Source of the DNA: Dehalococcoidia bacterium
GTDB lineage: Bacteria; Chloroflexota; Dehalococcoidia; UBA2979
Assembly (NCBI GenBank): GCA_965204835.1
Contig: OZ242017.1
Coordinates: forward strand, 365,384 to 429,383
Direction of reading: 5' to 3'
Length of the DNA stretch: 64,000 nucleotides
Each line of letters starts with the position of its first letter. Within the stretch, counting starts at the first letter, position 1. Made by a program: the position numbers and the translations under genes. Of this stretch, positions 9,220 through 19,083 are shown piece by piece. The notes below the pieces were generated by a model. The model was not told the DNA's origin. It did not search any database and worked only from the letters and a program-made list of their open reading frames with translations.

Positions 9220-10166
9220 CGACCACCGAGGCGCCCGCCCCCGCCGCGACGCGCGAGGCCCTGGGGCCGACGCTGATCCGGCTGCGCGAGGAGGGCATGG
9301 ACCTCGTCGTCGTCGACGCCGACCTCGGCAACTCGACCTCGGCGCGCAAGTTCCAGGCTGCCTACCCGGAGCGCTTCTTCACGCTCGGCGCGGCCGAGCA
9401 GAACATGATCTCGGTCGCGGCCGGGATGGCGGCGATCGGCAAGGTCGCCTTCGCCTCCACCTTCGCGGTCTTCGCCGAGCACGCCTACGACCAGCTCCGC
9501 ATGTCGGTGTCGCAGCCGAACCTCGACGTGAAGCTCGTGGCCTCGCACGGCGGGCTCTCCGTCGGCGAGGACGGAGCGTCGGCGCAGTCGGTCGAGGACA
9601 TCGCGGTGATGTCCTCGCTCGTGAACTTCCGCGTGATCGTCCCGGCCGACGTGGTCGAGGCTGCGGCGGCCGTCGAGGTCGCGGCGCGCACGCCGGGGCC
9701 GTTCTACATCCGCACGGACCGCCCCAAGCACCGCGTGCTCTACCCCGAGGGCGCGCGCTTCCAGCTCGGCCGCGCCGACATGCTGCGCGACGGCTCGGAC
9801 GTCACGCTCGTCTCCTACGGCCTGATGGTGGAGCGCACGCTCGACGCGGCCGAGGAGCTTGCCGAGTCCGGCGTCTCGGCGCGCGTGCTCAACATGGCCA
9901 CGATCCGCCCCCTCGACGTCGACGCGCTGGAGCGCGCGGCCGCCGACACGGGCGCGATCGTCGTGGCCGAGGAGCACCTCGTGCACTCCGGCCTCGGCGC
10001 GATGGCCGCGCAGGCGCTCGCCTCGCGGCGTCCGGTGCCGATGGAGTTCGTCGGGGTGCAGGACCGCTACGGCGAGTCCGGCCTGTGGCACGAGGTCCTC
10101 GACGCCGTCGGCCTCACGGCGGAGAACATCGCCGCCGCCGCCCGCCGCGTCATCGCCCGCAAGTAG
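9216..10166 (+). CDS. transketolase, C-terminal subunit
   Basis: GTG overlaps the upstream TGA. DADLGNST, GAAEQNMISVAAG, GEDGASAQ, EEHLVHSGLG. Confidence 0.93.
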   Translation: MTTTEAPAPAATREALGPTLIRLREEGMDLVVVDADLGNSTSARKFQAAYPERFFTLGAAEQNMISVAAGMAAIGKVAFASTFAVFAEHAYDQLRMSVSQPNLDVKLVASHGGLSVGEDGASAQSVEDIAVMSSLVNFRVIVPADVVEAAAAVEVAARTPGPFYIRTDRPKHRVLYPEGARFQLGRADMLRDGSDVTLVSYGLMVERTLDAAEELAESGVSARVLNMATIRPLDVDALERAAADTGAIVVAEEHLVHSGLGAMAAQALASRRPVPMEFVGVQDRYGESGLWHEVLDAVGLTAENIAAAARRVIARK

Positions 10167-10177
10167 CCGGGTAGCCG

Positions 10178-10207
10178 CTACTCCACGCCCAGGTACGGCC
10201 ACGTCTC
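10178..10207. repeat. 30-bp direct repeat, copy 1 (duplicate of HAD gene 3' end)
   Basis: CTACTCCACGCCCAGGTACGGCCACGTCTC, identical to 10939-10968. Confidence 0.9.
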
Positions 10208-10263
10208 GCACAGAGCCTGTCACGGCACTCGGCGTGTAGACTCCAGTTCGACAGGAGCGTCGC

Positions 10264-10536
10264 ATGCAGCGTCGTAGACCCACGGAAGAGACAGCGCGCC
10301 TTGGGCGCGAGCTGTACGAGCGCGACGTGGCGCCGCAGCTCGACGCAGCGCGGATGGACTCCTACGTCGCTCTCGACATCGACAGCGGTGAATGGACCAT
10401 CGCCGAACGGGACATCGACGCGTGCGATGCGCTGTATGAGCGCTGCCCGGGCGCGGTGAACGTTTATATCGCACGCGTCGGGCACCGCGCGGCGGTCCGG
10501 CTGAGGCGTGCTCGGACTGGTGCGGCGCCTCGCTGA
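10264..10536 (+). CDS. small DUF5678-like protein
   Basis: GRELYERDV...SYVALDIDSGEW pattern; AGGAG RBS; TGATG coupling to the downstream protease. Confidence 0.7.
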   Translation: MQRRRPTEETARLGRELYERDVAPQLDAARMDSYVALDIDSGEWTIAERDIDACDALYERCPGAVNVYIARVGHRAAVRLRRARTGAAPR

Positions 10537-10904
10537 TGGATGGGGTGGTGAACGCCGGGCGAGAGCCCGTCGTACCGCTCGGTCTCTCCGCGGGAGCATC
10601 GGTCCGAATTGTCGACGCCCTGATTGACACAGGTTTCACGGGCTGGCTAACGCTCCCGCCGGATATCGTTGCGGAGATGGACCTGAGATCCGCCGGGACC
10701 AGCTACGGCGTGCTCGCCGACGGTCAAGAAGTCGCCCTCGACGCGTACTACGTGACGGTGATGCTGGATGGCACCCCGCGCAGGGTCATCGCACAGGTCG
10801 CCCCGCCGCCGGTGCTCGCCGGGATGGAGTTGTTCGACGGCTACCTGATCTGCATCGAGGACAGCTTCGGGGGCTCCGTAACGGTCCGTCCGATTGATGC
10901 CTAA
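10536..10904 (+). CDS. clan AA (retropepsin-like) aspartic protease, AF_0612-like
   Basis: ALIDTGFTGWLTLP, LADG, LAGMELF. Confidence 0.85.
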   Translation: MDGVVNAGREPVVPLGLSAGASVRIVDALIDTGFTGWLTLPPDIVAEMDLRSAGTSYGVLADGQEVALDAYYVTVMLDGTPRRVIAQVAPPPVLAGMELFDGYLICIEDSFGGSVTVRPIDA

Positions 10905-10938
10905 CGGCTGCTCTGAGACCAGCGACCCGACGCCGTCC

Positions 10939-10968
10939 CTACTCCACGCCCAGGTACGGCCACGTCTC
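10939..10968. repeat. 30-bp direct repeat, copy 2
   Basis: Identical to 10178-10207; encodes ETWPYLGVE-stop of the HAD gene. Confidence 0.9.
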
Positions 10969-11682
10969 CCGTAGCTCCCGCACCTCGACGTCCGGGACCA
11001 GGTCGCCACTCTCGACGCGCCAGTCGCCGCGGTTGACCCAGATGGCGCCGGCGCCGGCGGCGCGCGCGCCGACCACGTCGTGGTACGGGTTGTCGCCGAT
11101 GTAGACGGTCGCCTCCGCTGGTACGCCGAGGGGGCCGAGGGCGAGGTCGAAGATGGCCGGGTCCGGCTTCTGGACGCCCGCCTCGCCCGAGACCACGACC
11201 ACCTCGAAGTAGCGTTCGAGGTCGAAGCGGTCGATCTTCGGGCGCTGGATCCGGGAGAGGCCGTTGGTGATGAGCGCGAGCGGGTAGCGTGCGCCGACCG
11301 CCTCGAGTGTCTCGATGGCGTCGGGGTAGATGCCGACGTAGTCCACGTGGATCGCCCGGTAGTGGTCGGCGAGGCGGCCGGCGAGCGCGGGGTCGGGGCG
11401 CAGGTGCGTGGCGATCAGGCGCTCGTACGCCTCGAGGGTGAAGCGTTCGTCCCACTCGCCGCGGCCGGCCGCACGGAACGCGTCCTCCGTGTAGTGGCGG
11501 AAGTAGCCGTCGTAGATCTCCTCGGGGCTGCCGAGGGCCTGCAGGGCGGGCTCGGCAGCGTGCAGCTCGGCGATCGAGGCGGCGAAGCCCGCGCGCCACG
11601 ATCCGCGAGCGTCAATGAGCGTGTCGTCGAGGTCGAACAGGACCGCCTGGAGCTGGTCGGGGGCGGGCAGGCCGTTACTCAT
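10939..11682 (-). CDS. HAD-superfamily hydrolase
   Basis: FDLDDTL, LITNG, KPDP, YIGDNPYHDVVGA. Confidence 0.93.
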   Translation of the reverse strand: MSNGLPAPDQLQAVLFDLDDTLIDARGSWRAGFAASIAELHAAEPALQALGSPEEIYDGYFRHYTEDAFRAAGRGEWDERFTLEAYERLIATHLRPDPALAGRLADHYRAIHVDYVGIYPDAIETLEAVGARYPLALITNGLSRIQRPKIDRFDLERYFEVVVVSGEAGVQKPDPAIFDLALGPLGVPAEATVYIGDNPYHDVVGARAAGAGAIWVNRGDWRVESGDLVPDVEVRELRETWPYLGVE

Positions 11683-11760
11683 GGTCGCCGTGCCCGGCTG
11701 GGGGTCATGATCGCCGTACCCGGCAGCTGCTCACGATCGCCGTGCCCGGCTGGGGGCGCC

Positions 11761-12099
11761 CTACGCGGGCTCCTCGTCGCCATCACCGTCGCCGTCCGCG
11801 TCTTCGCCGTCCTCCGAGGAGTCGTCGTCGGCGAAGACGCCCATCTCCTCGCCGCGCCACACGGTCACGATGAGATCCTCGCGGTACGGGTCGGCCGAGG
11901 TCACGATCTGGTCGTCGATGGCCTCGATCAGGTCCTGCACCCGCTCGTCGTCGAGGGCGGCGTGGACGACGAGCGTCGCGTGGGCGGCTGAGCCCGTGTA
12001 GTGCACGTCGACGCGGCCGAGGGCGTGCTCGCCGTCGTCGATGGCGTAGACCTCGGAGTACGGCGTGCGGGCCTCGCGGTTGAAGCGGTAGTCGGCCAT
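11761..12099 (-). CDS. acidic hypothetical protein
   Basis: 112-aa ORF with GAGGAG RBS (RTPYSEVY...IVTVWRG) and acidic tail. Confidence 0.75.
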   Translation of the reverse strand: MADYRFNREARTPYSEVYAIDDGEHALGRVDVHYTGSAAHATLVVHAALDDERVQDLIEAIDDQIVTSADPYREDLIVTVWRGEEMGVFADDDSSEDGEDADGDGDGDEEPA

Positions 12100-12129
12100 C
12101 GGGTCTCCTCGTTCGCGGCGGTCGGCGCG

Positions 12130-13401
12130 CTACGTCCGCACCTGGCCCGTGCCGAGCACCACCCACTTGTACGACGTCAGCTCGCGCAGGCCCATGGGGC
12201 CGCGGGCGTGCATCTTCCCGGTGGAGATGCCGACCTCGCAGCCGAGCCCGAACTGCGCGCCGTCGTTGAAGTACGTCGAGGCGTTCACGAACACCGCCGA
12301 GGCGTCCGCCTCGCGCTGGAAGCGCTGCGCCGCGGCGTACGAGTCCGTCACGATCGCCTCGGAGTGCCCGCTGCCGTGCACCTCGATGTGCTCCAGCGCA
12401 TCGTCCAGCGAATCGACGACGCGCAGCGAGCAGTCGAGCGAGAGCCACTCGCGGTCATAGTCCTCGGGCGCGACCGGGAACGTCGGCGCGTCCTCGCCGA
12501 CGAGCGGCGCGGCGCGGTCGTCGACGTGGAGCGTGACGCCGCGCTCGCCGAGAGCGCGCGCGACGCGCGGCACGAACGACGCGGCGACGCCGGCGTGGAC
12601 GAGCAGCGTGTCCATGGCGTTGCAGACCGAGGGGCGCTGCGTCTTCGCGTTGACCACGATGCGCTCGGCCATCTCCAGCTCGGCCTCGTCGTCGACGTAG
12701 GTGTGGCAGACGCCGATGCCGCCGGCGATGACCGGCATGGTCGCCTCGTCGCGCACGCGGCGGATCAGGTCTGCGCCGCCGCGCGGGACCATGAGGTCGA
12801 TGTAGTCGGCGGCGCGGAGCATCGCGCCCACCTCGGAGCGGTCGGTGGACTGGATGAACTCGACGCTGTGCTCATGCAGGCCCGCGGCGGCGGTCTCGCG
12901 TTGGAGGATCGCGGCAAGGGCGCCCGAGGTGGCGTGCGCGTCGGTGCCGGAGCGCAGCAGCACGCCGTTGCCGGACTTCAGGCACACGGCCGCGATGTCC
13001 ACGGTCACGTTCGGCCGTGACTCGTAGATGGCGCCGATGACGCCGAGCGGCACGCGCATGCGGCCAATCTGCAGCCCGTTCGGGCGCGTGGTCATCTCCT
13101 CGACCTCGCCGACGGGGTCGGGCAGGGCGACGATCGCGCGCACGTCGCGGGCGATGCCGGCGATGCGCTCGGGCGTGAGCGTCATGCGGTCGAGGAAGGC
13201 GTCGGTCAGTCCGTTCTCGCGGGCGCGGTCGAGCTCCGGGCCGTTCACGGCGAGGAGCGCGTCGGTCTCGGCCTCGATGGCGTCGGCGACGCGCAGGAGC
13301 GCGGCGTTCTTGAGGTCGGTGGAGGCGGTGCCGAGTTGCCGCGCTGCCCCGCGCACCCGCGCGGCCCGCTCGACGGCCTCGACCTGTGTCGTCGTAGTCA
13401 T
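12130..13401 (-). CDS. proA: gamma-glutamyl phosphate reductase
   Basis: VPLGVIGAIYESRPNVT, PSVCNA, VNASTYFNDG, EVGISTGKMHARGPMGL. Confidence 0.97.
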   Translation of the reverse strand: MTTTTQVEAVERAARVRGAARQLGTASTDLKNAALLRVADAIEAETDALLAVNGPELDRARENGLTDAFLDRMTLTPERIAGIARDVRAIVALPDPVGEVEEMTTRPNGLQIGRMRVPLGVIGAIYESRPNVTVDIAAVCLKSGNGVLLRSGTDAHATSGALAAILQRETAAAGLHEHSVEFIQSTDRSEVGAMLRAADYIDLMVPRGGADLIRRVRDEATMPVIAGGIGVCHTYVDDEAELEMAERIVVNAKTQRPSVCNAMDTLLVHAGVAASFVPRVARALGERGVTLHVDDRAAPLVGEDAPTFPVAPEDYDREWLSLDCSLRVVDSLDDALEHIEVHGSGHSEAIVTDSYAAAQRFQREADASAVFVNASTYFNDGAQFGLGCEVGISTGKMHARGPMGLRELTSYKWVVLGTGQVRT

Positions 13402-13456
13402 GGCAGTGAGTGTACCCGCCGTCCCCGCTGTGCGCGTCTCCGCACGGCGTCGCGGC

Positions 13457-14389
13457 TCACTCGCTCGCGGCGAGGATCAGCGGCACGACGGCCCGAGGCG
13501 GCGGGTAACCTTGGCCCCCGGAGACGTTCTCCTCGAACACCTCGAGGTGCGCGAGCTGCCGCTCTGCCGACTCGTACTCGACGGTGAACGCGAACGTCGC
13601 CGGGCCGTCCACGCCGCCGCCGGTCGCATGGCCCATCGCCAGCACCTCGCCCGCGCGGTCGAGGAGCCGCCACACGACGTTCGACTCGAAGGTGCGCGAG
13701 CAGCCGGCCACCTCGAACCCGCTCGCCACCTCCTCGCCCGAGGCTGGCGAGTGCACGAGGACGAGTGCGGCGTCGGGCAGGCTGTCGTCGCACGCGGGCG
13801 CGGCGGCGGCCTCGACCTGGCCGCCAATGGGCTCAAGCTCCTCGAGCGACTCGCCCGCGAGGCGGAACTTGCGGATGACGGGGATGGACGGCACTTCAGC
13901 GAAGGGCGCGTCCGGGGGCCGGTCGAGCATGAAGACCATGATGACGCCGTCGTGGATGGCGACGCCCTCGACGCGGATGCGGTCGCCGAGGAAGGCGGTG
14001 TCGGCGTCGTGCAGCTCGCCCTCTTCGCGCAGCAGCGCGTGCAGGATACGGAACCTGCCGCTGCCGCCCGGCTCCTCGACGGTGATCGCCGCGGCGTCGC
14101 CGACGCCGTCGCCGTTGAGGTCGCCGACGGTCGCCCGGGTCAGGGTGATCACGAGTTCGCTTGCCGAGCCCGGCGCCACTGGCGCGCGGAACTCGCCGTC
14201 CTCGAGGGTCGCGAGGCCGGTATCGGTGTTCTCGGTGAGGATGGTTGCGCCCTCGAGGTCCTCGCGGTCCGGCGGCAGGGTATCGCCGCCGGCGGGCCCC
14301 TCGCAGGAGGTGAGCAGCGCGGCCACGAGCAGCGCGGGGAGCGCGGCCCACGCGGCCGTGCGTAGCCGGGATGAACGCCTGGCGGTCAT
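13457..14389 (-). CDS. lipoprotein with C-terminal Gmad2-like Ig domain
   Basis: Lipobox LLTSC, GDLNGDG..DAA motif, C-terminal VAGCSRTFESNVVWRL. Confidence 0.7.
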   Translation of the reverse strand: MTARRSSRLRTAAWAALPALLVAALLTSCEGPAGGDTLPPDREDLEGATILTENTDTGLATLEDGEFRAPVAPGSASELVITLTRATVGDLNGDGVGDAAAITVEEPGGSGRFRILHALLREEGELHDADTAFLGDRIRVEGVAIHDGVIMVFMLDRPPDAPFAEVPSIPVIRKFRLAGESLEELEPIGGQVEAAAAPACDDSLPDAALVLVHSPASGEEVASGFEVAGCSRTFESNVVWRLLDRAGEVLAMGHATGGGVDGPATFAFTVEYESAERQLAHLEVFEENVSGGQGYPPPRAVVPLILAASE

Positions 14390-14408
14390 GGCAGCCTTCC
14401 TTCGCGGT

Positions 14409-16712
14409 TCAGTTACACAGCAGACCGAACGTGTAGCCACGGGCGGCCAGCCCGTCGAGGATCGCGCCGAGCGCGCCAACGGTCTGGGAGCGGTCGCCGC
14501 CCCCGTCGTGCATGAGGACGATCGAGCCCGGCCGCACGTTGGAGAGGACGTGCGAGACGATCTGGCCCACGCCCGGCCGCCGCCAGTCCTGGGTGTCCAC
14601 GCTCCACAGCACGACGGACTTGCCAAGCTCGGCGGCGAGATCGCGGGTGTGCTCGTTCATCGCCGCGTACGGGGGCCGGAGGCACGCGATCGGGTCGACG
14701 CGCCCGCCGGCCGCCGCGTGCAGCGCGTCGTCGGCGGCGGTGACCTGCGAGATGAAGAGGTCGCGCGGGGCCCTGTCGAGCCAGACGTGGTCGAAGGTGT
14801 GGTTCTCCGCCTGGTGCCCCTCGGCGACCATGCGCTCGACGATCTCCGGGTACCGCGTCGCGCTCTCGCCGAGCACGAAGAACGTCGCCGGTGCGTTGTA
14901 CAGCTCGAGGAGCTCGAGCACACGCGGCGTCCACGTCGGGTGCGGTCCGTCGTCGAAGGTGAGGTAGACGACCGGCGCGCCCGCCTGGTCGTGGGGGACG
15001 GGCTGCACGGGCTGCACGTTCATCGCCGGGGACGCGGGCTCGGACTCCTGCCACGCGGCGTCGACGGCGCCCCACGTCGCCTCATCGACGACGCCCGTCG
15101 GTTCGAGGTCGGCCCGCTGCTGGATCTCGATCACCGCCTCGCGGGTCGCGGCGTCGTACACGTCGTAGTACGCGCCGGGATCGAGGAAGCCGAGGCCGCG
15201 CACGCGGGCGAGCCGCTGGTGCAGCGCCTGCACGAAGCGCCCGCGGTCGCCCGAGCCCAGCGTGTACCCCTCGGCGAACCACTCGGGGTCCGGGCCGGGC
15301 TCGAGGTCGGGGGCCGAGGGGGTAGCGGGCGGGGCGCCCGGCGTGCGCGCCGCACCGTCGAGGAAGCCCACCACCTGCCGCAGGAACGTGTCGCCGGGGG
15401 CGAGCTCGGCCGCGCGGCGCGCCGCTTCGCGCGCGCGCTCCAGGTCGTCGGGCGATGCGAGCGCGAGTCCGAGTGCGCGCACCGCGTGGATGGCGGCCTC
15501 GTCCGGCCGCTGGCCGAGCGCGCGCTCGGTGTAGTCGAGGATGGTGACGGCCATCGTCGCCAGGTCGAGCTCAGCGGCGGTGCCGGCGATGAGCGGCCCG
15601 TCGAGGGCCAACGCGGCCCGCGGCTCGTGCGCACGCATGAGGTCGAGCGCCGCGGCGTACTCGCCCGCGAGGACGTTGGTGAGCAGCGGCTGGCCGGGCG
15701 AGCCCGCGTGGGCGAGCCGCTGCGCCGCGGCCTGGTTCACGAGGATCGAGAGCCAGCGTAGGCCATCGTCGCGCGGCGTCCGCCGCGATGTGGCGACGGC
15801 GAGCGCGGCCGCCTGCCGCCACAGGTCCGCCTCGGCGAGCGAGACCACGCGTGCCGCGGCGGTCTGGACGTCACCGTCCAGGCCCGGGGGCGCCTCCAGC
15901 CGGACCTCGGCCAGCGCCGCGCCGTCCCAGCGGTGGATCGCGACCGAGTGCTCCTCGACGGCGCAGGCGTAGCAGAAGACGTAGGGGTTCGACGTGTTGA
16001 GTACGAACTCGGGGACGCCGTCGCCGTCGAGGTCGGTGACCTCCCCGGCGTTCGGGCGCGAGCTGAGGTGCGAGATGGCGGTATCGAGGCTGCCGTCGGC
16101 AGGGTCGAACCGGATCACGTCGAGCGTGCCGGCGTGCGCGCCGGTCGGGCCCCGGACCACGATCCACGCGGAGCCGTCCGGTGCGTGCGCGACTTCGACG
16201 TCGCCCGTGCGCTGTGGCGCGGTCTCGATCTCGACGCGGGCGAGCTCCGGCGACCACGAGCCGTCCGGGTTGAGCCGGTACGCGGCGACGACGTGGAAGA
16301 AGTTGACGGGCTCACCGTCATCGTCGCGGTACACGGGCTGCGGGCCGTCGGTGAGGACAGCCCAGTAGCCGCCCTCGGCGGCGTCGAGTCCGAGGTCGAT
16401 CGCCCTCGCGTCGAGCTCGTGCTGTCCGAACTCGTCGGCGATCTCCGCCAGCACGGCCGTTTCGAGGTCCTCGGTCCGCTGCTCGATCTCGGCGTCCGTT
16501 GGTGTCGAGGTGGGCGTGGGCGTCGCCTGTGAGGGCGTGGTCGGTGTGGGCGTCGCGGTGACCCGTCCGGGCGACGGGCTTGCGGTCGCGGTCGGCCCGG
16601 TCGCGTCGTCGCCGCCGCCGAAGGGGTTGCACGCGACGAGGGTGGCGGCGAGGAGCGCCAGCGCGGGGAGGGCGAGGAGCCGGGCTTTCATCGGGCCGAA
16701 CGTAGCAGGCAT
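14409..16712 (-). CDS. lipoprotein with peptidoglycan-binding and NodB polysaccharide deacetylase domains
   Basis: Lipobox LVAC, DLDGDGVPE, PG-binding ATREAVIEIQQRADLEPTGVVDEATW, NodB motifs LTFDDGP, NHTFDH, LRPPY, DTQDW, VLMHD. Start 16712 or 16691. Confidence 0.85.
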   Translation of the reverse strand: MPATFGPMKARLLALPALALLAATLVACNPFGGGDDATGPTATASPSPGRVTATPTPTTPSQATPTPTSTPTDAEIEQRTEDLETAVLAEIADEFGQHELDARAIDLGLDAAEGGYWAVLTDGPQPVYRDDDGEPVNFFHVVAAYRLNPDGSWSPELARVEIETAPQRTGDVEVAHAPDGSAWIVVRGPTGAHAGTLDVIRFDPADGSLDTAISHLSSRPNAGEVTDLDGDGVPEFVLNTSNPYVFCYACAVEEHSVAIHRWDGAALAEVRLEAPPGLDGDVQTAAARVVSLAEADLWRQAAALAVATSRRTPRDDGLRWLSILVNQAAAQRLAHAGSPGQPLLTNVLAGEYAAALDLMRAHEPRAALALDGPLIAGTAAELDLATMAVTILDYTERALGQRPDEAAIHAVRALGLALASPDDLERAREAARRAAELAPGDTFLRQVVGFLDGAARTPGAPPATPSAPDLEPGPDPEWFAEGYTLGSGDRGRFVQALHQRLARVRGLGFLDPGAYYDVYDAATREAVIEIQQRADLEPTGVVDEATWGAVDAAWQESEPASPAMNVQPVQPVPHDQAGAPVVYLTFDDGPHPTWTPRVLELLELYNAPATFFVLGESATRYPEIVERMVAEGHQAENHTFDHVWLDRAPRDLFISQVTAADDALHAAAGGRVDPIACLRPPYAAMNEHTRDLAAELGKSVVLWSVDTQDWRRPGVGQIVSHVLSNVRPGSIVLMHDGGGDRSQTVGALGAILDGLAARGYTFGLLCN

Positions 16713-16727
16713 GGCCGGTGTCCGTGC

Positions 16728-17873
16728 CTACACGAGCACGAGGTTGTTGCGGTGGACCACCTCGTCGCCGTAGTCGTAGCCGAGCACATCCTCGATGCGG
16801 TCCGAGTGCAGTCCGCGGATGCGCTCGACGTCGTCGGCCGCGTAGTTCGTGGTGCCGCTGGCGATGTGCTCGCCCTCGCGCGTCTCGACGCGCACCACGT
16901 CGCCGCGCCCGAAGTCGCCCGAGGCGGCGACGATGCCCGCGGGCAGCAGCGACTTGCCGTCGCGCACCAGCGCGCGCACCGCGCCTTCGTCGACCGTGAT
17001 GCGGCCCCGCTCGCGCAGCGCGGAGAGCAGGAAGCGCCGGCGGCTCTCCAGGCGGTCGACGGTCGGCAGGAAGTGCGTGCCGACTCCCTCGCCCCGCACC
17101 GCGCGGGGCACGACGTCCGCCGCCCGGCCGTCCGCGATCACGACGTGCGCGCCGGACTGCGTCGCGAGCCGCGCCGCCTCGACCTTGGTGGCCATGCCGC
17201 CCGTGCCGCGCTGCCCCGCCTGCCCGGCCGCTGCCTCCTCGATGGCGCGGCCGATGTGGTCGACGTGCTCGATGAGCCGGGCGTTGGGGTCGGCCGCCGG
17301 GTCAGCGGTGTAGAGCCCGGCGGTGTCGGTGAGCAGCAGCAGCAGGTCGGCGTCGACGAGGTTGGCGACCTGCGCGGAGAGGTTGTCGTTGTCGCCGATC
17401 GCCGCGTCCTGGATCTCCTCGATGGAGACGACGTCGTTCTCGTTGACGATCGGCACCACGCCGAGGTCGAGGAGGGCGAGCAGCGTGTTACGCGCGTTGA
17501 GGTAGCCCTGGCGGTCGGCGAGGTCGCCGCGGGTGAGCAGCGCCTGGGCGGTCGTGATGCCGTACCCGGCGAGGAGCTCGTCCCAGTACCAGAAGAGCTG
17601 CGCCTGGCCGACGGCGGCGAGCACCTGGCGGCGCGTGAGGTGCTGCGGGCTCGCCGCGCGCGGCCCGAGCCGCGCCCGCCCGGCCGCGATGGCGCCCGAG
17701 GTGACCAGGATCACCTCGCACCCCATCTCGCGGACGTCCGCGATCTGGCCTGCGATGGCCGCCATCACGTCGCGGTCGAGCTGCTCCGTGCCGGCGGTGA
17801 GCAGGTTGGTGCCGCACTTGACGACGAGCCGCCGGAGCTGGCGGTCATCGTTCCCGGATCTGCGTTCAACCAC
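16728..17873 (-). CDS. proB: glutamate 5-kinase
   Basis: VVKCGT, SGAIAAG, NENDVV, GDNDNL, GTGGMATK and C-terminal PUA domain. Confidence 0.97.
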   Translation of the reverse strand: MVERRSGNDDRQLRRLVVKCGTNLLTAGTEQLDRDVMAAIAGQIADVREMGCEVILVTSGAIAAGRARLGPRAASPQHLTRRQVLAAVGQAQLFWYWDELLAGYGITTAQALLTRGDLADRQGYLNARNTLLALLDLGVVPIVNENDVVSIEEIQDAAIGDNDNLSAQVANLVDADLLLLLTDTAGLYTADPAADPNARLIEHVDHIGRAIEEAAAGQAGQRGTGGMATKVEAARLATQSGAHVVIADGRAADVVPRAVRGEGVGTHFLPTVDRLESRRRFLLSALRERGRITVDEGAVRALVRDGKSLLPAGIVAASGDFGRGDVVRVETREGEHIASGTTNYAADDVERIRGLHSDRIEDVLGYDYGDEVVHRNNLVLV

Positions 17874-17965
17874 GCTGGACCTCGTCAGCTTCGTCGGGAA
17901 GCCCGATCATAGGATCACCACCCCGGCGCTGTGGGTCGAGCCGCCGAGGTGAGAAGGAGCGACGC

Positions 17966-18994
17966 GTGCCCGAGCCTGCGACGCCACCGGAGCCTGCGGT
18001 CGAGGAGTGGCCGTGGCGGCGCGTGCTCGTGCTCGCGACGGTGGTGCTGCGGCGCGCGACCGCGAACTTCATCGACGACCGCGGCACGCAGCTGGCCGCG
18101 GGCGTCTCGTACTTCGCGCTGATCTCGCTGTTCCCGCTCGTGCTCCTGGCGTTCTCGGCCTTCGGACTGCTGCTACGCGACGCGGCTCTGCAGGCGCGCG
18201 TGCTGGACGAGCTCGTGGGCGCGCTGCCCGTGCAGGCGCCGCTGGTCGAGGACACGCTGACGGCGATGGCGAACGAGGGCGTCACCATCGGCGCGCTCGC
18301 GCTCCTCGGCACGGTCTGGACCGGGAGTGCGCTCGCCGCCGCGCTGCGGAACGCGCTGAACATCGCGTTCGACGTGCGGCAACGCCGCCCGCTGGTCATG
18401 GGCAAGCTGATCGACTTCACGATCGCACCGGTGCTCGGGTCGCTGCTGCTGGCGTCGTTCGTGCTGACGACCGTCTGGCGCGTGGCGCAGGCCGCGGCCG
18501 TCGACATCGGCATCCTGCGAGAACAGTCGTTGTTCTGGGAGCTGGGCGCCGTCGTCATCGCCGGGGTGATGAGCTTCCTGGCGTTCCTGTTCCTGTACTG
18601 GCTGCTCCCGAACTCGCATCTGCGCGTGCGCTACCTGTGGCCCGGAGCGCTGCTCGCGGCGGTGGGGTTCGAGGTGGTGAAGCTGGGCTTCGCCTTCTAC
18701 CTCGCCAGCTACTCCCACTACGACGTGGTCTACGGGGCGCTCGGGGGGCTGATCACGTTGCTGGTATGGGTCTACCTGAGCGCGAACATCATCCTCTTCG
18801 GCGCGGAGGTCTCGGCGGAGCTCCCTCGCGTGCTGGAGGGGCGCGGCCGCCACGGCTACGAGGACGCGCGCGATGTCGGCTGGCGAGAGTCGGCGTACGT
18901 GCTGCTGCGCGGCCTCTTCCTCGGACCTACCGGGGAGGAGCCGGAGCCGCGGCGGGCGGGAGCGCCGGGCGAGCGGCCGGAGGGCGAGGGCTGA
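17966..18994 (+). CDS. YihY/virulence factor BrkB family membrane protein
   Basis: AAGVSYFALISLFP, YWLLP, VYGALG...LVWVYLSANIILFGAE. Confidence 0.9.
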   Translation: MPEPATPPEPAVEEWPWRRVLVLATVVLRRATANFIDDRGTQLAAGVSYFALISLFPLVLLAFSAFGLLLRDAALQARVLDELVGALPVQAPLVEDTLTAMANEGVTIGALALLGTVWTGSALAAALRNALNIAFDVRQRRPLVMGKLIDFTIAPVLGSLLLASFVLTTVWRVAQAAAVDIGILREQSLFWELGAVVIAGVMSFLAFLFLYWLLPNSHLRVRYLWPGALLAAVGFEVVKLGFAFYLASYSHYDVVYGALGGLITLLVWVYLSANIILFGAEVSAELPRVLEGRGRHGYEDARDVGWRESAYVLLRGLFLGPTGEEPEPRRAGAPGERPEGEG

Positions 18995-19053
18995 CCCGGC
19001 TTGGTATCATCCGAGCCACTCCCACCATCGGTAATATGCACGCTGGTCGTTAA

Positions 19054-19072
19054 TAACGCCCGGCGTTACTAT
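19054..19072 (+). promoter_or_regulatory. palindromic higBA operator overlapping -10
   Basis: Perfect inverted repeat TAACGCC-C-GGCGTTA (19054-19068) overlapping TACTAT (19067-19072). Confidence 0.7.
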
Positions 19073-19083
19073 GGGTGTGTGCT

